Shown piece after piece: positions 59,109-64,000 of a stretch of 64,000 nucleotides of DNA (its first letter is position 1; the number at the start of each line of letters is the position of its first letter). The notes beneath the pieces are model-generated. The model made no database searches. It had not been told where the DNA came from and saw only the letters and a list, made by a program, of their open reading frames with translations. Source of the stretch: Macrostomum lignano (Eukaryota); assembly GCA_002269645.1 (NCBI GenBank), contig NIVC01000487.1:62001-126000 (forward strand), written 5' to 3'. The translations under genes and the position numbers were made by a program.

Positions 59109-60454
59109 AGTTTTTATGTTTAACATTTGAAAGCCAACATCCGTGATAAAAAACACGAAGCAGTCCTAGAGACCGCTTAATTGTAATTTTTAATTAAACT
59201 CCAACGCTGTGCGTGCTGTTTCATATCCTGGGAGAATCTGCAGTTCACCCAAAACTGCGGAGCCCCAAAAACTACTTGATACAGTTATTTGACAAGTTGT
59301 CACGTCAGTCTTGCCTAAATTTTTAGTTGAACCCATGGAGAATAAAGTATAGCCACTTCAATCAAGGAACTGTTTCATATTGCGGTTCTCACACGTTCTT
59401 AATATCCGCGAGCGCCCAGCGGTTCTCAATGAGGACACTTGTAAAATCTGCCTATCATTACTGACTGAGCCACTTTCTCCTCATAGTAAATGGCCTTCAT
59501 ATTAAGTTTACCAATCGGAGCGCCGAGAACCTCCTCTTCAAAAAGCAATTATTAAAAAAATCTATGACAAAAAACGAAAAACGCTCTCGCTTATAACAGT
59601 TTTTTTACTACTGTATATAAGTCTCTAAAACCAGCCGTCCATCTGCTGTGAGTCGGGAATTTTCTCTTGGATAAGCTTCACAGACAGCAGGCCCTGTACG
59701 CGGCTGACGCATGGCTGTCAATCGGCATCAAAGCCGACCAGAGGGGCACAGATGGGTGAGAGATCCTTCAAACTCGGTAGGACTCCCCCTCCGGCCTGCA
59801 GTCTTCTTATCCACGATCCGTTTGGCTATAGAACCTCAAAGGCAAGATCCGCGGGAACTCGTTCTCTCTCTGTCTTTGAGTGAGCCGAGCCCAGCAGAAC
59901 TTCAACAGCAGTTGACTGTGTATGATGTATGCGTTCTCAGAATAGCTCTCTCTCTCTCTCTCTCTGCTATATTCCATGGCACTCAAATCCCCCCGGCCTC
60001 GATGGCAAATAATTAAAGGCCTTTTTTCCACCGCGGTGCTGTTTGCACGCGTGCGACAAAGACTGAAGGAGCTTGAGGTCCACTTCAAGTTCTGTTCCAT
60101 CCTTAGGATCGGGGTCTCCTATGCAAGAATTCTTCGAGAGATGGAGTGGGATAATTGGGCGAAATTGGCCAGCTAAACCTGACTGTTGCAATCCTGGGGG
60201 GGGAGGCTGCTCAGCAGAGTCTTGCTGGGTAAACTGTGAAACGTGCCGTCACGTGCGGGGCCGGTCTGATTTTTGTTTGTTTTTAACTGGCTTATCCAAT
60301 ACTACCTATCTGAGCATTAGCTTGCGCTCTACGCGATTTCGCTATTAAAATCCTTATACAAGGATCAGACTCGGGTTCAAATTTTTAAGCATTACGAACT
60401 CGTACAAATGAAAATCGATGCTATTTATTGTGCTTCCTTATCATGCAGAGTGGC

Positions 60455-61185
60455 GTTGGTGATCTGGGAATGGCAGTGGAATGGCAGTGGGGATCTGGGA
60501 ATGGCATTGGAATGGCAATGGGGATCTGGGAGTACGATGGGGATATGGAATGGCAGTGGGGATCTGGGAATGGCATTGGGGATCTGGGAATGGCATTGGG
60601 GATCTAGGAATGGCATTTGGGATCTAGGAATGGCATTTGGGATCTTGGAATGGCATTGGGGATCTGGGAATGGCATTGGGGATCTGGGAATGGCATTGGG
60701 GATCTGGGAATGGCATTTGAATGGCAGTGGGGATCTGGGAATGGCATTGGGAATCTGGGAATGGCATTTTAATGGCAGTTGGGATCTAGGAATGGCATTT
60801 GAATGGCAGTGGGGATCTAGGAATGGCAGTGGGGATCTGGGAATGGCATTGGGGATCTGGGAATGGCATCGGGGATCTGGGAATGGCATTGAGGATCTGG
60901 GAATGGCATTTGAATGGCAGTGGGGATCTGGGAATGGCAGTGGGGATCTGGGAATGGCATTTAACTGGCAGTGGGGATATGGGAATGGCATTGGGTATCT
61001 GGGAGTACGATGGTGATCTGGGAATGACATTGGGGGATCTGGGAATGGCATTAAGGATCTGGGAACGGCATTAAGGATCTGAGGGTAGCGTCGGAGATCG
61101 GGGAATGGCAGTGGGGATCTGGGAATGGCATTGGGGGATCTGGGAATGGCATTGGGGATCTGGGAATGGATATTAGGGATCTGAA
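60455..61185. repeat. 20-bp G-rich minisatellite
   Basis: (GGGGATCTGGGAATGGCATT)n. Confidence 0.94.
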
Positions 61186-62219
61186 AGTGTTTTTTACAAT
61201 CTTTTTTACAAAGATTAGTTATCCAAACAAGTGAATATTTCTAGTCTAGAGGCTGGTTGGCCCAAGAAAATCCCCACCTAATTCTTCATGATCAGAGCTT
61301 AGAGGCAAAGAAAAATAGCCCTGAATCCATAACTCCTTATCATTATATTATAATCAGGGGCAGAGAAAGGGCCACCTAAAGACCCGTTTCTTACTCAGCT
61401 CGCGTGTCGGATTTCCCAGTCAAATCGGAGGAGATGAAAGGCACACGCAGTCCCCAATGTAGGAGGAATGAACTGACGCTGGCACTAAAACCATATCCGC
61501 CTTATTCGCAGGGTTTAGGGGCAATAAGGGAGCTGAGATGACGCGGCCATCTGGTCCCTGTTTACCCGGGCGTAAACCGGTCCTTTTGCAGTCCAGACAT
61601 GGCGAGCGCTGCGCTGTCAGAAAAGAAGGATATGGAAGGGCACTGGACAGGGACGACCCTGACAGTGCTGCAGCATCCCCGGAAGTCGGAGAAATTAGGA
61701 AAAAGAATTATATTTTTTATCCCACCCAAACTGCTTGTCTGGGTTCCAGGTTAAAAATCACCGTCCCCTCACACACACAGGCTACATATTTCAGTCTAAG
61801 TGTAATTTAGGCCGGATATTAATACTGACTGGGCAAAATCAGCGACAGATTGGCCCGAGCTGAGCAGGGCAGGAGGAGCTCATTCACTCATATCTCAGGC
61901 GTCTGTCAGGGGAAAACACCAACCCTGGGTCTCCTCAGCCGTCTGTCGGGGTGAATTCCCGAACACCCAGCCTGGCTCGGAGTAAGCGAGGGGTGAAAGA
62001 GTGAGGGGAGGAACAGATCCACTTGTTCCCAGTCCGCTGCGCCCGAAACTTCCAAAGCTCCCTCGTCTTCTGTCGTCTGATCTCCCCGAAAGGTTCGCGA
62101 AGGGATGCAACTCGAAAAAGGGAAGAGAAGGTGACTCGACACCCATGATACCTTCCGGGCATCGCAGCCGGAGTTGAGGATGAGGAACTAAATGATTAGG
62201 GCTGAAAAAATCGGATTTT

Positions 62220-62386
62220 GCCAATAGGAGCCAAGCAGCCAATAGGAGACGGCCTGGGGCAGCCCAGGGGCCACGCGAGAGGGGCGGCGGCCACGGCTAG
62301 AAAAGGAGGCGCCACGTGGCGGGCCTCGTGTCAGGCGCACTCTGTTTAGCACTCAGCAGGCAGTCAGAACGCAGGCCAAACACGCG
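62220..62386 (+). promoter_or_regulatory. Proximal promoter of the achaete-scute gene: two CCAAT boxes, a GC box, and class C/class B/N-box bHLH-repressor sites
   Basis: CCAAT at 62221 and 62239. GGGGCGG at 62281. CACGCG at 62272 and 62381. Palindrome CGCCACGTGGCG at 62310-62321. CTCGTG (CACGAG on the minus strand) at 62325-62330. Confidence 0.6.
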
Positions 62387-62389
62387 ACC

Positions 62390-62935
62390 ATGTCATCAAC
62401 AGCTGACAGGCAGCACTTGCCGGTGCCCTCCTTCCTGCGACTGCAGCAGCTCCGGGCAGCAGGCGACGCCTCCGGGCCGACTCGGCAGCCGCTGGGTGAG
62501 CGGTGCTCCAACCTGCCGCCTCGGCCGCCGCAGAAGCCGCCGGGCTCCGAGGCGGCCAAAGCCGCGGCCGCTGCCGCTTCAAACGCCGCCGCCAACACCG
62601 CCGCCGCCGCACGTCCGGCCGCCTCGTCGATGCAGCGTCGCAACCAGCGCGAGCGGAACCGCGTCAAGCTGCTCAACCTCGGCTTCGAGCGGCTTCGCCA
62701 GCTGGTGCCGAGCGATGACGGACAGAGGCTGAGCAAGATCGCCACCCTGCGGGCCGCCATCGCCTACATCCGCAGCCTGCAGGAGCTGCTGGACCAGGAC
62801 GACTGCGGAGGCTGCGGCTGCGACGGCTGCGGCGCCTGCGGCGGCCCCGGCGACTCCTGGATGGCGGAGCAGCCGCGGCAGGAGGCCGACTCGGTGGCGA
62901 CGCGGCCGGAGGGCCAAAACACCTTCAGCTTTTAA
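62390..62935 (+). CDS. ASCL: Achaete-scute class proneural bHLH transcription factor, intronless, 181 aa
   Basis: bHLH sequence [25 protein letters not shown]...[21 protein letters not shown]. The ERNRVKLxNLGF string is the ASCa-type signature. An Ala-rich stretch precedes the basic region. Confidence 0.93.
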   Translation: MSSTADRQHLPVPSFLRLQQLRAAGDASGPTRQPLGERCSNLPPRPPQKPPGSEAAKAAAAAASNAAANTAAAARPAASSMQRRNQRERNRVKLLNLGFERLRQLVPSDDGQRLSKIATLRAAIAYIRSLQELLDQDDCGGCGCDGCGACGGPGDSWMAEQPRQEADSVATRPEGQNTFSF

Positions 62936-63889
62936 TTGAGTGCTCTGCGCTTATTTGCGAAACTCTGCTTTTCGGTGCTCCAATGCTTTTTTTGCTGTTT
63001 TCTGCTTTCGCTTTCGTAGCATTTTTACCTGCGTTTTTTCGCTCCAAGTTTTTTTTCACGTGCCGCCTCTGTCAAGCGAGAACATCCAAGCCAAGCAGCT
63101 TCTCTTTCAGCGTCTTCCGCATCAGCGGGGCAACTCAGCAGCGCTTGGATTTTGTCGCTTTTCAGATCTTCTTTCTCAGCCTGCTTTTTTCAACTCAGCT
63201 TTTGCTGCTCGCTCAGATTTTCTGTTAGGAGTTTTTCTAGATAGGAACTTTTCTTTATTTTTTAGATTTCTCATATAGACTTTACAATTTCATAGACTTT
63301 TAGGATTTTTCTTGTGTTTTATCTCCAGAGCTCAAATTCTTGCTGTGCGGCACGTGTCCCTATTTATTGATATCGGTGTCCGAGGCTCCCACCTTCCCTC
63401 TGTTTCTGTCGCCTGTCGATTTTTTTCACACTTTCTAAATTGAATTCTTCTTTGTAAATGACTCCCTCCGTTTCGCTTGATGCTTTTGACCTAATTAAAT
63501 TTTTGCTCATATTTCAATGCTATCATAGTTCGTATATGTAATCAGCTATTAAAATTGACGTAACTAAATAAATCTAATCTCTGGATTTTGTACTTTTATG
63601 TAGCTCGTATTTAAAGCAAAAAACAGACCTTTGAGTTTGAGTTTGTTTGCTACTTAATTTCTTATGACTAACTAAAAGTATTCATTCGTAATTGTTGGAG
63701 TGCAAGTGCCTGGCCTTGTCAGTTCAAGCTAGTGCAAATTGAATGTCCAAAATGTCAGGGACTGGGGTTATCCCAATCTGTATTCTCACACCTGAGATTG
63801 TAGCTCGTACCTTTGTTATACTCATTTCGATGTCTGAATTTCAAAACGCGAAACGCATGGAACACCTTGAGATTAATCGCTTTCCGCAA

Positions 63890-64000
63890 TCTCATTCTCG
63901 AATCACACCTGAGATTATCTCCATTCAGGATTCTCACACCTGAGATTATCTCCATTCATGATTCTCACACCTGAGATTATCTCCATTCAGGATTCTCACA
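63890..64000. repeat. 31-bp minisatellite (runs off the window end)
   Basis: (ATTCTCACACCTGAGATTATCTCCATTCAGG)n, with a partial copy near 63782. Confidence 0.88.

Noticed and set aside
58532-59146. Collagen-like GSPGA ORFs
   Set aside because: Not a continuous Gly-X-Y pattern. These are translations of a 51-57-bp tandem repeat.
60408-61074. Trp/Gly-rich and Pro-rich ORFs
   Set aside because: Translations of a 20-bp minisatellite.

Overview
This is eukaryotic (metazoan) genomic DNA. GC-rich exons, GT-AG introns and minisatellite-filled introns suggest a free-living flatworm such as Macrostomum; that assignment is inference only. Four spliced gene models were built by hand, each with consistent exon phases: a 14-exon TRPM channel (-, 12191->714), a 4-exon ERGIC3 (-, 21240->18522), a 7-exon diacylglycerol lipase (DAGL; -, 45586->23369) and a 3-exon MRPS31 (+, 54982->56996). 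There is also an intronless achaete-scute bHLH gene (+, 62390-62935). DAGL intron 3 holds two intronless class A GPCRs. DAGL intron 4 holds a decayed Ty3/gypsy element whose RT is split by a 385-bp hAT-type MITE. Other elements are a tRNA-derived SINE family, a second hAT MITE family, a foldback/MULE-like element and more than 25 unrelated tandem arrays, which explain most long ORFs in the track. The best leads are (1) a 2-AG-synthesis gene with nested orphan GPCRs close to a TRP channel, (2) a cluster of Hairy/E(spl)-type sites in the achaete-scute promoter, and (3) a CCAAT/ERSE-like minisatellite upstream of ERGIC3. No prokaryotic systems, CRISPR arrays, rRNA or intact tRNA genes were seen.
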